A DNA stretch of 64,000 nt from IMG/VR virus record IMGVR_UViG_3300014697_000001, positions 128,001-192,000 of that record; one strand, 5' to 3'. Below the pieces are notes generated by a model. That model saw nothing but the letters and a program-made list of their open reading frames with translations. It did no database searches and had not been told where the DNA came from. Each line of letters starts with the position of its first letter. The first letter of the stretch is position 1. A program made the translations under genes and the position numbers. Shown here piece after piece: positions 1 through 7,314 of this stretch. This DNA is from a virus (Duplodnaviria; Caudoviricetes).

Positions 1-557
1 GAGACAGTCTGTTGGTTGGCCTGATTCTCGCTGTAAGGTTTTATTTCTACAGATTTGGCATTGGTCATGAGATTATACGTCATGACCATCTCATCAACCG
101 AAACGGTATCTAGAAGTTCCCGACTGGCCAGGGTCAGCAGGTTGAACCATCGAGGTAATGAAAGGATATTGCTAAAGACCTGATCAGCCTTTTCACGTGC
201 TGAAAAGTCATAAGAGACGCTGAGTTCATAATCCTCGTCTAGCACTATTTCGTTGACGGCTGTCAGGTTCGTGATCAACACGATATCGTCGATGCCGCGG
301 CTATGCAGCACTGCTTTGACCTCAGCTAAATAGCTTGCAGGCAGTAAAGCAATTTCACCACCATAGAGGTCGATGTGAGTAATATGATACCCTTCGGCTA
401 GAACCTCGTCGATGCGCTGCTCCAGTGCATCGATTGGCATTCTGGTCCGATCCGACAGTTTTTCAGGAGGCAGGTAACAGAAATTACATCTCAGGTTGCA
501 ATAATAGCTGAGGTTGACACTTAAGGTAAATTCTTTACCGGCATGGGATATCGACAT
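1..557 (-). CDS. radical SAM enzyme #4, 3' end runs off the window (not in the ORF track)
   Basis: Read by hand: ATG at 557 (GAGGT RBS upstream) gives MSISHAGKEFTLSVNLSYYCNLRCNFCYLP...HIDLYGGEIALL..., i.e. CxxxCxxC plus the GGE motif, open to position 1. Confidence 0.88.
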   Translation of the reverse strand, partial: MSISHAGKEFTLSVNLSYYCNLRCNFCYLPPEKLSDRTRMPIDALEQRIDEVLAEGYHITHIDLYGGEIALLPASYLAEVKAVLHSRGIDDIVLITNLTAVNEIVLDEDYELSVSYDFSAREKADQVFSNILSLPRWFNLLTLASRELLDTVSVDEMVMTYNLMTNAKSVEIKPYSENQANQQTV

Positions 558-576
558 GACTGACCTCTACAGTGTA

Positions 577-606
577 GATGTCCTGGAACGTTGGTTCCAG
601 GACATC
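577..606. promoter_or_regulatory. perfect 13-bp stem hairpin between two radical SAM genes
   Basis: GATGTCCTGGAAC-GTTG-GTTCCAGGACATC, no U-tract; may be an RNA stability/processing element rather than a terminator. Confidence 0.55.
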
Positions 607-613
607 ATGACAT

Positions 614-1750
614 CTACCCCTTAAAGATAAGTGGCAGGGACTCATCTTCATAGGGCGTGGGCTCAAGAAAGTCCTCCATGCCATTTAGGCGGATTATCTC
701 TGGAGCAAGTTCTTTCATGGTCCTGCAGTGGTGCTCTGTCAGACCTAGGCGCTTGGTGTCCCTCACCGTTTTTCGACACCCGTTACAGATCTGAAACATC
801 GGGCAGGCATAACACGCATCTTTCATGGCCTGAATATCGGGGGCGTTCTGAAGAGGGGTGAAAAACTCACCTGCCATCTCACGCTCAAAATCGATCGGAT
901 ACTCTCCATCGTCCCCAAACGCACCGCACGAGTAATAGCTATTGCCGGGCTGCAGGCTCCGGATACCCTCATCACAGCTACGGTTCAGCGGACATACGGT
1001 GTTCTGTATCCGCAGTCGACGCATCATTGAGGTGGTGTTGTGTTCCCATTCGGCCAGACCAGCCTTTGCGATCTCAACGTAGTGCCGGTAGATATCGGCC
1101 TGAGTAAACATGGAGTTTGCATTACCGATGGTCACTCCTTTAAAGACCACCGGCTCACCCGAGGCTACTGCATGGTTGATCTTGGCGACTACACCCATCT
1201 TCTTGGCCAATTCTACTGTCTTTAAGATGGTGTCTTCGTTAGACTTGTCGATGACCGCAATAAAGCTTGGTCGATACCCGACAAGTTCAAGCATGAGGTC
1301 TGAACATGCCCAGAATTCTTCTTCGCTAAAGGGTGTAAGATCACCTTTCAATCGGGCATCGCCGTATTGGAACGAAGTCCCGACACCCATTCTCTCGTGC
1401 CTGAAAAGATCAACCCACATCTCAGGTTTCTTGTAAAATGCCCAGAGGTTGGTGGTAAACGAGATGCGCGCCGGACAGTTATGTTTATCAAGGATCTTGA
1501 TCATGTCCCAGTAGTACTGGGGTTTCATCATCAAGGGATCGCCCCCGTTGACAATTACTGTCCGGGTGTCTGGGAACCTTACGATAAACCGTTCAAAGTC
1601 TTCTAGCTCGACAATCGCATTGTCGTCCTCAGAAATATGGGTACTTGAACAAAACGTGCATTTAAAGTTGCAACGTACGGTGGGCTTGATGATGAGATCT
1701 ATTTTATAATCCTCCTGCCACGTCACCTTATCGCCGGTGACAATGGACAC
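614..1750 (-). CDS. radical SAM/SPASM-domain enzyme #3
   Basis: IKPTVRCNFKCTFC (CxxxCxxC), GGDP, C-terminal CPLNRSC...YYSCG...CYACPMFQICNGC...HC auxiliary-cluster cysteines. Confidence 0.92.
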   Translation of the reverse strand: MSIVTGDKVTWQEDYKIDLIIKPTVRCNFKCTFCSSTHISEDDNAIVELEDFERFIVRFPDTRTVIVNGGDPLMMKPQYYWDMIKILDKHNCPARISFTTNLWAFYKKPEMWVDLFRHERMGVGTSFQYGDARLKGDLTPFSEEEFWACSDLMLELVGYRPSFIAVIDKSNEDTILKTVELAKKMGVVAKINHAVASGEPVVFKGVTIGNANSMFTQADIYRHYVEIAKAGLAEWEHNTTSMMRRLRIQNTVCPLNRSCDEGIRSLQPGNSYYSCGAFGDDGEYPIDFEREMAGEFFTPLQNAPDIQAMKDACYACPMFQICNGCRKTVRDTKRLGLTEHHCRTMKELAPEIIRLNGMEDFLEPTPYEDESLPLIFKG

Positions 1751-1756
1751 GCAAAG

Positions 1757-1960
1757 TTAGTGCGCCGGTTTGGGGCGCTGTCTAAGATGGTTGACCATGT
1801 TGATGATGGTGTATCCATCGGTCACCAACTCCCTGGCAGGGTAATCGGTAGGTTCCATTCCGTTTTCTTCCATCCATTGGATGGCTTGGTTATATCCGTC
1901 TGCCGACAGAGGAAAATCCTTAATGTTCATGGGATGCTGTCTCGACGCCGTTACCGTCAT
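1757..1960 (-). CDS. small hypothetical protein within the radical SAM cluster (alternative start 1930)
   Basis: 67-aa ORF, co-oriented, ends 6 nt before the rSAM #3 start. Confidence 0.55.
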   Translation of the reverse strand: MTVTASRQHPMNIKDFPLSADGYNQAIQWMEENGMEPTDYPARELVTDGYTIINMVNHLRQRPKPAH

Positions 1961-2023
1961 TGTGATAAGGGGTGTCGTTAATCGGGATATGGCGCCGTAT
2001 CACCGAAATTAGAAAATACCCGC

Positions 2024-2045
2024 TAGCCTTAATTCATACAAACTG
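2024..2045 (-). promoter_or_regulatory. candidate late promoter (TATG core)
   Basis: Minus strand CAGTTTGTATGAATTAAGGCTA in an AT-rich gap, 19/22 identical to 38899-38920 upstream of the tape-measure gene; TATG is the phiKZ late-promoter core. Confidence 0.45.
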
Positions 2046-2126
2046 CCGGTGTTATAAAATAAAATAATCGAGACAGCATATTCTTCATTCCCATGTGGAA
2101 CCTATAGTTTACCGACACATGCACAA

Positions 2127-2154
2127 TAGGTCACGGGGAGTTCCCCGTGACCTA
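2127..2154 (-). terminator. GC-rich hairpin after rSAM #2
   Basis: TAGGTCACGGGGA-GT-TCCCCGTGACCTA immediately downstream of the stop at 2159. Confidence 0.55.
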
Positions 2155-2158
2155 GTCG

Positions 2159-3157
2159 TTATACGCCTATTGCCTTGAACATTTCCTTTATCTGACAGGT
2201 GGGGTTGCCATCGTCGATAAAGGTGTGGTGAAGAAAGCACCGCATTCCGCAGCGCGAATAGTACTCACATGAGAAGCAGTCGTATTTCTCAACGAACCGT
2301 ATCTCTGCATCATCCTTGGCTTTGAGTCCTTCACCTTCGTCCAGGATCGCATTCTTTCCTGCCTCTGACCAGCAGGTGCTGACAACCCCGTCCTTATTGA
2401 TGATCTTGGTTGATCGGCAGGTGGTCTCATTGAACGTGTTCCGTTTCCAATCCTTGATAGGGTAGGAATTGGGGTAACGCTCGTTGAGAACCAGATAAAG
2501 TTTCCCAATTAGTTCTTCATCCGGCTGGATGTATTCGTACATCTGGCTTGGAATATAGTGATCGAAATAAACATCGAATTGATCACACATCCACGTCACT
2601 TCACGCCCTTCCTCATTGTTGAGAAAGGCATTGATGTTTTGTTTAGTGATCACGACATTGACTGTTCTCACATACTCCTTGACCTTATCCAAGTTATGGA
2701 CAAACTTGGCCCGACCTATGCGATCGAAACGTCCGGCTGGATCGTAAGAGGTTGCAATCTGCGTACGGCCATGCACATTGAGACGCTCGACCAAATTAAC
2801 CAACCTATAGACCCGGTCGTAGACAAGGTTAGTCCCAAGAACCAGAATACAGTCATCGAAATGCTCAAATATCCGTTTACCGGCCTGATAATACCGTTCG
2901 AAGAATTCATCTGAGAATTCGTCTAGGAACAGTTCACCACCGGTCATATTCACTACATAGGGCTGACGCGGATCGGTATTGGCAATGAGTGTCTCTGTCT
3001 TTTCCTGGATGGTGTCGAATCCAACTTTAGAGTCATGATCCTGATGACAGAATGAACACCTGAGGTTACAGTATTCGAAAAGGATCAAATGGGCTTCTTT
3101 CCAGTGCCCTTTTTTCTCTTTCAGTATATCGACCACCGGTATTAGGTGATCTACCAT
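2159..3157 (-). CDS. radical SAM/SPASM-like enzyme #2
   Basis: LFEYCNLRCSFC, TGGE, C-terminal CRSTKIINKDG..STC...CFSCEYYSRCGMRC...C. Confidence 0.9.
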   Translation of the reverse strand: MVDHLIPVVDILKEKKGHWKEAHLILFEYCNLRCSFCHQDHDSKVGFDTIQEKTETLIANTDPRQPYVVNMTGGELFLDEFSDEFFERYYQAGKRIFEHFDDCILVLGTNLVYDRVYRLVNLVERLNVHGRTQIATSYDPAGRFDRIGRAKFVHNLDKVKEYVRTVNVVITKQNINAFLNNEEGREVTWMCDQFDVYFDHYIPSQMYEYIQPDEELIGKLYLVLNERYPNSYPIKDWKRNTFNETTCRSTKIINKDGVVSTCWSEAGKNAILDEGEGLKAKDDAEIRFVEKYDCFSCEYYSRCGMRCFLHHTFIDDGNPTCQIKEMFKAIGV

Positions 3158-4215
3158 TCGCTACCCTCCATCAGTGCTCTGACCTGAGCGTCATCGAGCC
3201 GGATAACGTGGCGGATGAGGTTCTCGTTATACTTGGCGGAATCGACATGACCGAGCCTGAAATTATCCTTACCCCCATCGAACAAACGGCGAATGCGGGC
3301 GATCACATTTTCATAGACAGTCATGTCGGATGTGTCCAGAAACAGTTGACGAAGTCGGTCAGAACGAGCCGCTGACGGCAGGTCACCGCAATCGGTCAAC
3401 ACCAGTACGATCTTTTCAAGGAGATCGATATACCATTCATCTGGGTAGCGTTTCTTTTTGTTTTCCGGCGAACGAATGAACGGGTTGGCCAGTTCACCAA
3501 AGTTGACACAGGCCTCAAAGATGCTATTGCTCGCCAACAGCGATTCTTCTGTTGCACCTGAGATGTCCCAGCGAGTGGGGTCAGCAATGATCCGTCCCCA
3601 ATCATCCAGTGCATCCAGGCTGTTACTCATGGCGGTTCGGCGCATGATATTACCGATAGTGTCTGGGACAGTGCCTACTGACTGGGTTGACATCATCTTT
3701 ATAATGCGCCATTCCAGCGAGGTGTAGTCTGGGCGCGCTTTAATCAGTCGTCTGAGCGGAGCGACCAGTGGGTCGTCCTTATGTTCCCATAGCTCTTTGA
3801 CGATATCTGCATTGATTAAGATGGCCATTTCGTGACCGAATACCCGGTCATAGAACGTTACAGTCGAAGTGCTGTATGTGGCCTTGATGCAGATGAAGAA
3901 CGTCTTAAACGTACGGTAGTCGATCTTGGGAAACAGCGCAAACAGCAAGATTGCGTACATGCGAGTGTATGTCTTTGAGTCTGCAAAGACATACACTTTG
4001 TCATTGAATTCCATTGCCTTTAGAAGCAATGCGTAAAACTCAGACGGAGTAAAATCGTCAAGCGACATACCCCATCCGAGCTGAGTACCTAGACCAAGAC
4101 TTCCCGGAAAGTCGAGTCGTTGGTAGCCGCGATTTTCCGATATGTTTATCTGATGGTCGGAGGGTTTTGACTGAAACTCCGACTCCACATAAACGTCACC
4201 CAGCAAGTGGAACAT
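3151..4215 (-). CDS. hypothetical accessory protein of the radical SAM cluster
   Basis: 354-aa ORF overlapping the rSAM #2 start, 3 nt from the upstream gene; no recognised catalytic motif. Confidence 0.8.
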   Translation of the reverse strand: MFHLLGDVYVESEFQSKPSDHQINISENRGYQRLDFPGSLGLGTQLGWGMSLDDFTPSEFYALLLKAMEFNDKVYVFADSKTYTRMYAILLFALFPKIDYRTFKTFFICIKATYSTSTVTFYDRVFGHEMAILINADIVKELWEHKDDPLVAPLRRLIKARPDYTSLEWRIIKMMSTQSVGTVPDTIGNIMRRTAMSNSLDALDDWGRIIADPTRWDISGATEESLLASNSIFEACVNFGELANPFIRSPENKKKRYPDEWYIDLLEKIVLVLTDCGDLPSAARSDRLRQLFLDTSDMTVYENVIARIRRLFDGGKDNFRLGHVDSAKYNENLIRHVIRLDDAQVRALMEGSEW

Positions 4216-4218
4216 ATC

Positions 4219-4968
4219 TTAGTCCTCTTCGTGTGCCGCAGTGATCATGCGGTCCAGTTGTTCCTGGTCGAGACCATATCTGGCAACGGTTGCCATGTAT
4301 AGCGGGTTTTGAGGCACTGCAAAGTACGTGTACAGATTTTTACCTGAGAACACGTATTCGTTGAAATGGAACGGGCTATAGGTCATAGCTTCCAGAGGGA
4401 TGTCGTCGATCAACAGATGGAACAACGGATGCGCGATCAGATGAACATAGTTGATACCCGCCATGTTCTCATCGTCTGGAGTCACCGGCCACTTGTTAAA
4501 GAATTCCCGATCGACACTGGAGTCTGTAAAGAATGCATAGAGTCGCAGTGCGGCGATTCGACGCAACCAGACATTGATTATGTCGATGTTGGCTTCAATG
4601 AAGTCACTAGGATCAAAGCTCAGCAGACACGGGTGGTTGGTGTGATATAGCAAGATGTTGATCACCACATCCAGCAGATCATCGATCTTAGCCAGTGCCG
4701 GATGGTGCATGTATGCTACCACCAGCTCAAGCGACTCGTCCTGATTTTCCAACATCAAGCGACACTTAAGATCAAGGTTACTGAGGTAGGTGATCAGTAC
4801 TTTGTTCTTGAATTTACTGTTTTTATAATCGATTATAAATTCAATGTCTTCGGTGAACTTGCGCTTGAGATCGACAATCGGGATAGGTGCACATGTGGTC
4901 AGGTGTACTGTGGGTGCTGCCGGGACGGGGGTGTCAGAACTCTCGATGATGGCTACTTCAGTGGTCAT
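4219..4968 (-). CDS. hypothetical accessory protein of the radical SAM cluster
   Basis: 249-aa ORF with GGAG RBS, directly downstream of the Cys-His repeat gene. Confidence 0.8.
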   Translation of the reverse strand: MTTEVAIIESSDTPVPAAPTVHLTTCAPIPIVDLKRKFTEDIEFIIDYKNSKFKNKVLITYLSNLDLKCRLMLENQDESLELVVAYMHHPALAKIDDLLDVVINILLYHTNHPCLLSFDPSDFIEANIDIINVWLRRIAALRLYAFFTDSSVDREFFNKWPVTPDDENMAGINYVHLIAHPLFHLLIDDIPLEAMTYSPFHFNEYVFSGKNLYTYFAVPQNPLYMATVARYGLDQEQLDRMITAAHEED

Positions 4969-4986
4969 GGTGTGCGCTCCAGGTGA

Positions 4987-5691
4987 TTAACGGCGGCCAC
5001 GGTTTGAATGGCAGTTCGAGTGGCAGCTCGAATGGCAGACAGGGACGTTCGAGTGACAGCTCGAATGGCAGCTCGAATGGCAGACAGGGACGTTCGAGTG
5101 ACAGCTCGAATGGCAGACAGGGACGTTCGAGTGACAGCTGGCATGGCAGCTGGCATGGCAGCTGGTGTGACAACTTGAATGACAGCTCGAATGGCAGTAT
5201 GTCGTTGTGAGTGTCTCAACCACCGGGTTTCCAGCTTTCGACCACCATTCTTGATAAAGCGCGTTACAGTAATTGACAAACCCTTGGCTGGTCGCATCAC
5301 TGCCGGACAGCAGTGGAGAGGCCGATTGGCCCGTCAGTCCCGCAGGTCCGGTTGCATAGTTGCCGATGGCGGTTGCATCGAATCGCGTTAGAAGGCTGCC
5401 ATTACTGTTGTAATAGACGATCATGCGCTTTTTACATGCCTTGGCAAATACCGACACGAACGCCTTAAGCGCGGTGTTGATTTTTTCCGCCGTAGCGTTT
5501 CCGTCGAACGCGGTTGTGGCGCTGGTGAGGCTTGGCATGTTTGGGGCTGCTTTGGTCCCTGCAAACCAACTCGCCGGGATGTATGCATTGGGGATGTTGT
5601 CGTTACCATAAACGATCTGGGACCTGATTTTGTCCCCAATCAGCAGGTTAACATCCGCTATTGCTTGGGTCTTACCCAAATTTGTAGCCAT
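4987..5691 (-). CDS. Cys-His-x-Ser/Asn repeat protein, candidate radical SAM substrate (precursor or modified virion protein)
   Basis: 234 aa: ~165-aa N-terminal domain, then CHSS CHSS CHTS CHAS CHAS CHSN VPV CHSS CHSN VPV CHSS CHSS CHSN VPV CHSS CHSN CHSN RGRR; AAGGGG RBS; flanked by rSAM genes. Confidence 0.85.
   Translation of the reverse strand: MATNLGKTQAIADVNLLIGDKIRSQIVYGNDNIPNAYIPASWFAGTKAAPNMPSLTSATTAFDGNATAEKINTALKAFVSVFAKACKKRMIVYYNSNGSLLTRFDATAIGNYATGPAGLTGQSASPLLSGSDATSQGFVNYCNALYQEWWSKAGNPVVETLTTTYCHSSCHSSCHTSCHASCHASCHSNVPVCHSSCHSNVPVCHSSCHSSCHSNVPVCHSSCHSNCHSNRGRR
4990..5196 (-). repeat. coding tandem repeat (12-nt units, plus three exact copies of a 33-nt unit)
   Basis: CAGCTCGAATGGCAGACAGGGACGTTCGAGTGA at 5024-5056, 5069-5101 and 5102-5134. 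Confidence 0.9.
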
Positions 5692-5697
5692 ATCAAC

Positions 5698-6735
5698 TTA
5701 CCCCTTAAAGATAATGTTTGATGTCGAACTGCGACCCGAAAGATACCGCAGCGTGTGTTTGAGTCCGCCGCAACGATTTCCTTGCCAGGGAAGGCGATGA
5801 CAGTCACCACCACAGAGATCAAAGACATCGCAGTGCGTGCAATTTGGATTGAAATCCAATTCTTTTACGATTTCATTAATACGGCCCTCGGACATAAGAA
5901 ATTCATCAGCCGTATTCTCGATGTGAGCATGGCGATGTTCTGTCGCCATGTTAGGACATCCACCCAATGTACCATTTGAGTTTATGGTCACAAGGTTCTG
6001 TTCACAGTTTCGACAGTTTGTGTCGGTCTTGACCAGATTCTGTTTTAGTTTCTTGAACAGGATGTCAAGTGTCTGGATAGTGCAGGCCGGTTTTCGCTCC
6101 TGGTATCGCTTAGCCAGTGCCAGATACCACTCATCTTGTTCTGTGTTATCTGGAAATATCGCCGGATGCCAATGGGTATTCCCGCCAATGGTCAAACGTT
6201 CCAAGGAGATGGCATCTACCCCAAAGGATTCGAACTGATCCAGCACCCAGTCGGCGCTGGACGCTACCAGCTCTTTACTGACGGATACTTTCAGATAAAC
6301 AGTAAACCCTCGATCTTTGAGGATCTTCACGTTCTTACGCCACAGAGCTATCTGTTTCTCGTTGTCCCATCTGATCCAGTGATCCCAGCTAGTACCTATG
6401 GTCTTGTTGAATCGCCGCTCCATGAAGGAAATGATGTCATCGGTTAGCTTGAATGTCAGATTACTGTTTCCACACATACTGACGTTCTGCATGTCATCGA
6501 ACTTACTGGCAAAGTACTCCAGTTTTTCGACAGGAACCAGGAAAGGTTCACCGCCATGGTATTCAAGATGTACGTGTGTACCGGGGTCGTAATGTGACAT
6601 GAAGTCTTTGATCCATGTCGCAGTGGCATCGGGATCAAATTGCGTTTTATCGCCGCTCTTGCCGTTGGTGAAGCAGTGATCACAATTTAGGTTACAGGTC
6701 CCGGTGGTTTTGACATAAATCGTTTTAGATGACAT
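5698..6735 (-). CDS. radical SAM/SPASM-domain enzyme #1
   Basis: VKTTGTCNLNCDHC, HGGEP, CRNC...INSNGTLGGCP...CTHCDVFDLCGGDC...C; start placed at ATG 6735, right after the oxygenase stop (ORF track extends to 6765). Confidence 0.92.
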   Translation of the reverse strand: MSSKTIYVKTTGTCNLNCDHCFTNGKSGDKTQFDPDATATWIKDFMSHYDPGTHVHLEYHGGEPFLVPVEKLEYFASKFDDMQNVSMCGNSNLTFKLTDDIISFMERRFNKTIGTSWDHWIRWDNEKQIALWRKNVKILKDRGFTVYLKVSVSKELVASSADWVLDQFESFGVDAISLERLTIGGNTHWHPAIFPDNTEQDEWYLALAKRYQERKPACTIQTLDILFKKLKQNLVKTDTNCRNCEQNLVTINSNGTLGGCPNMATEHRHAHIENTADEFLMSEGRINEIVKELDFNPNCTHCDVFDLCGGDCHRLPWQGNRCGGLKHTLRYLSGRSSTSNIIFKG

Positions 6736-6736
6736 T

Positions 6737-7258
6737 CTATAACTTCTCGATGATGAATGACTCAAGACCGATGCTTAGCATCGTGTTCTCGGTGATGTTA
6801 ATCGCTTCATGAGGATAGTGGGCGGGCATTTGCATGACGTCCCCTTCATGTAACTCTATCGAGCATTCGGGGTTGCGAAACACCTTGATCCCAGACAGAA
6901 GAACAACCACGACCGTGTCCGGATCAGTGTGCAGTGGAAAACTGGCACCGCCGGCAGGGGACTTGAACAGATGGCATGTAACAGGTCCCTTATGCCCCAA
7001 GTGAATGGCTAGAGTGTTGCATCCTTCAAAGAATGCCCGGTTTAGTTTTTCAATACCTTCTATCTTGATGACAGGCTCCAGGAGCCTGCTGTAAAGATTG
7101 GTGATGCTGCTTGCAACATGCCCTTGGTGTGCGGCGTCGATGTATTTGATAATGCCTTGCTCGTAAGAGTATGGACTTGACAATATGTCGTCGAACGGCA
7201 GTGGGGCGTTGAGCAATTCTGCAACACCTGGTGTATCGCGTTTTAATCGAGTGAACAT
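6737..7258 (-). CDS. JmjC/cupin-family Fe(II)/2-oxoglutarate-type oxygenase
   Basis: SFPLHTDP (HxD)...SGIKVF...LHEGDVMQMPAHYPHEAIN (distal His), the YcfD/RoxA-like pattern; GAGGT RBS before ATG 7258. Confidence 0.8.
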   Translation of the reverse strand: MFTRLKRDTPGVAELLNAPLPFDDILSSPYSYEQGIIKYIDAAHQGHVASSITNLYSRLLEPVIKIEGIEKLNRAFFEGCNTLAIHLGHKGPVTCHLFKSPAGGASFPLHTDPDTVVVVLLSGIKVFRNPECSIELHEGDVMQMPAHYPHEAINITENTMLSIGLESFIIEKL

Positions 7259-7272
7259 GGCTAACCTCATAG

Positions 7273-7301
7273 CTAGGAGGGCTATACAATAGCCCTCCTA
7301 G
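7273..7301. terminator. 13-bp hairpin between tail fibre and oxygenase genes
   Basis: CTAGGAGGGCTAT-ACA-ATAGCCCTCCTAG; no U-tract on the minus strand. Confidence 0.5.
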
Positions 7302-7314
7302 TATAATTATAACG

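Noticed and set aside
4990-5196. CRISPR-like array
   Set aside because: Repeats are contiguous with no unique spacers, are multiples of 3 and lie in frame within a CDS; no cas genes.
4958-5300. Alternative-frame repeat ORFs (4958-5173, 4965-5300, 4983-5210)
   Set aside because: Shadows of the tandem repeat; only the 4987-5691 frame has an RBS, fits the operon and shows synonymous variation preserving CHxS.
1-6735. rSAMs as QueE (7-deazaguanine), NrdG or MoaA-type enzymes
   Set aside because: No queC/queD/folE/dpdA, nrdD or moa genes in the window; SPASM-type Cys clusters and an adjacent repeat protein fit peptide maturases better. Genes beyond the left edge are unseen.
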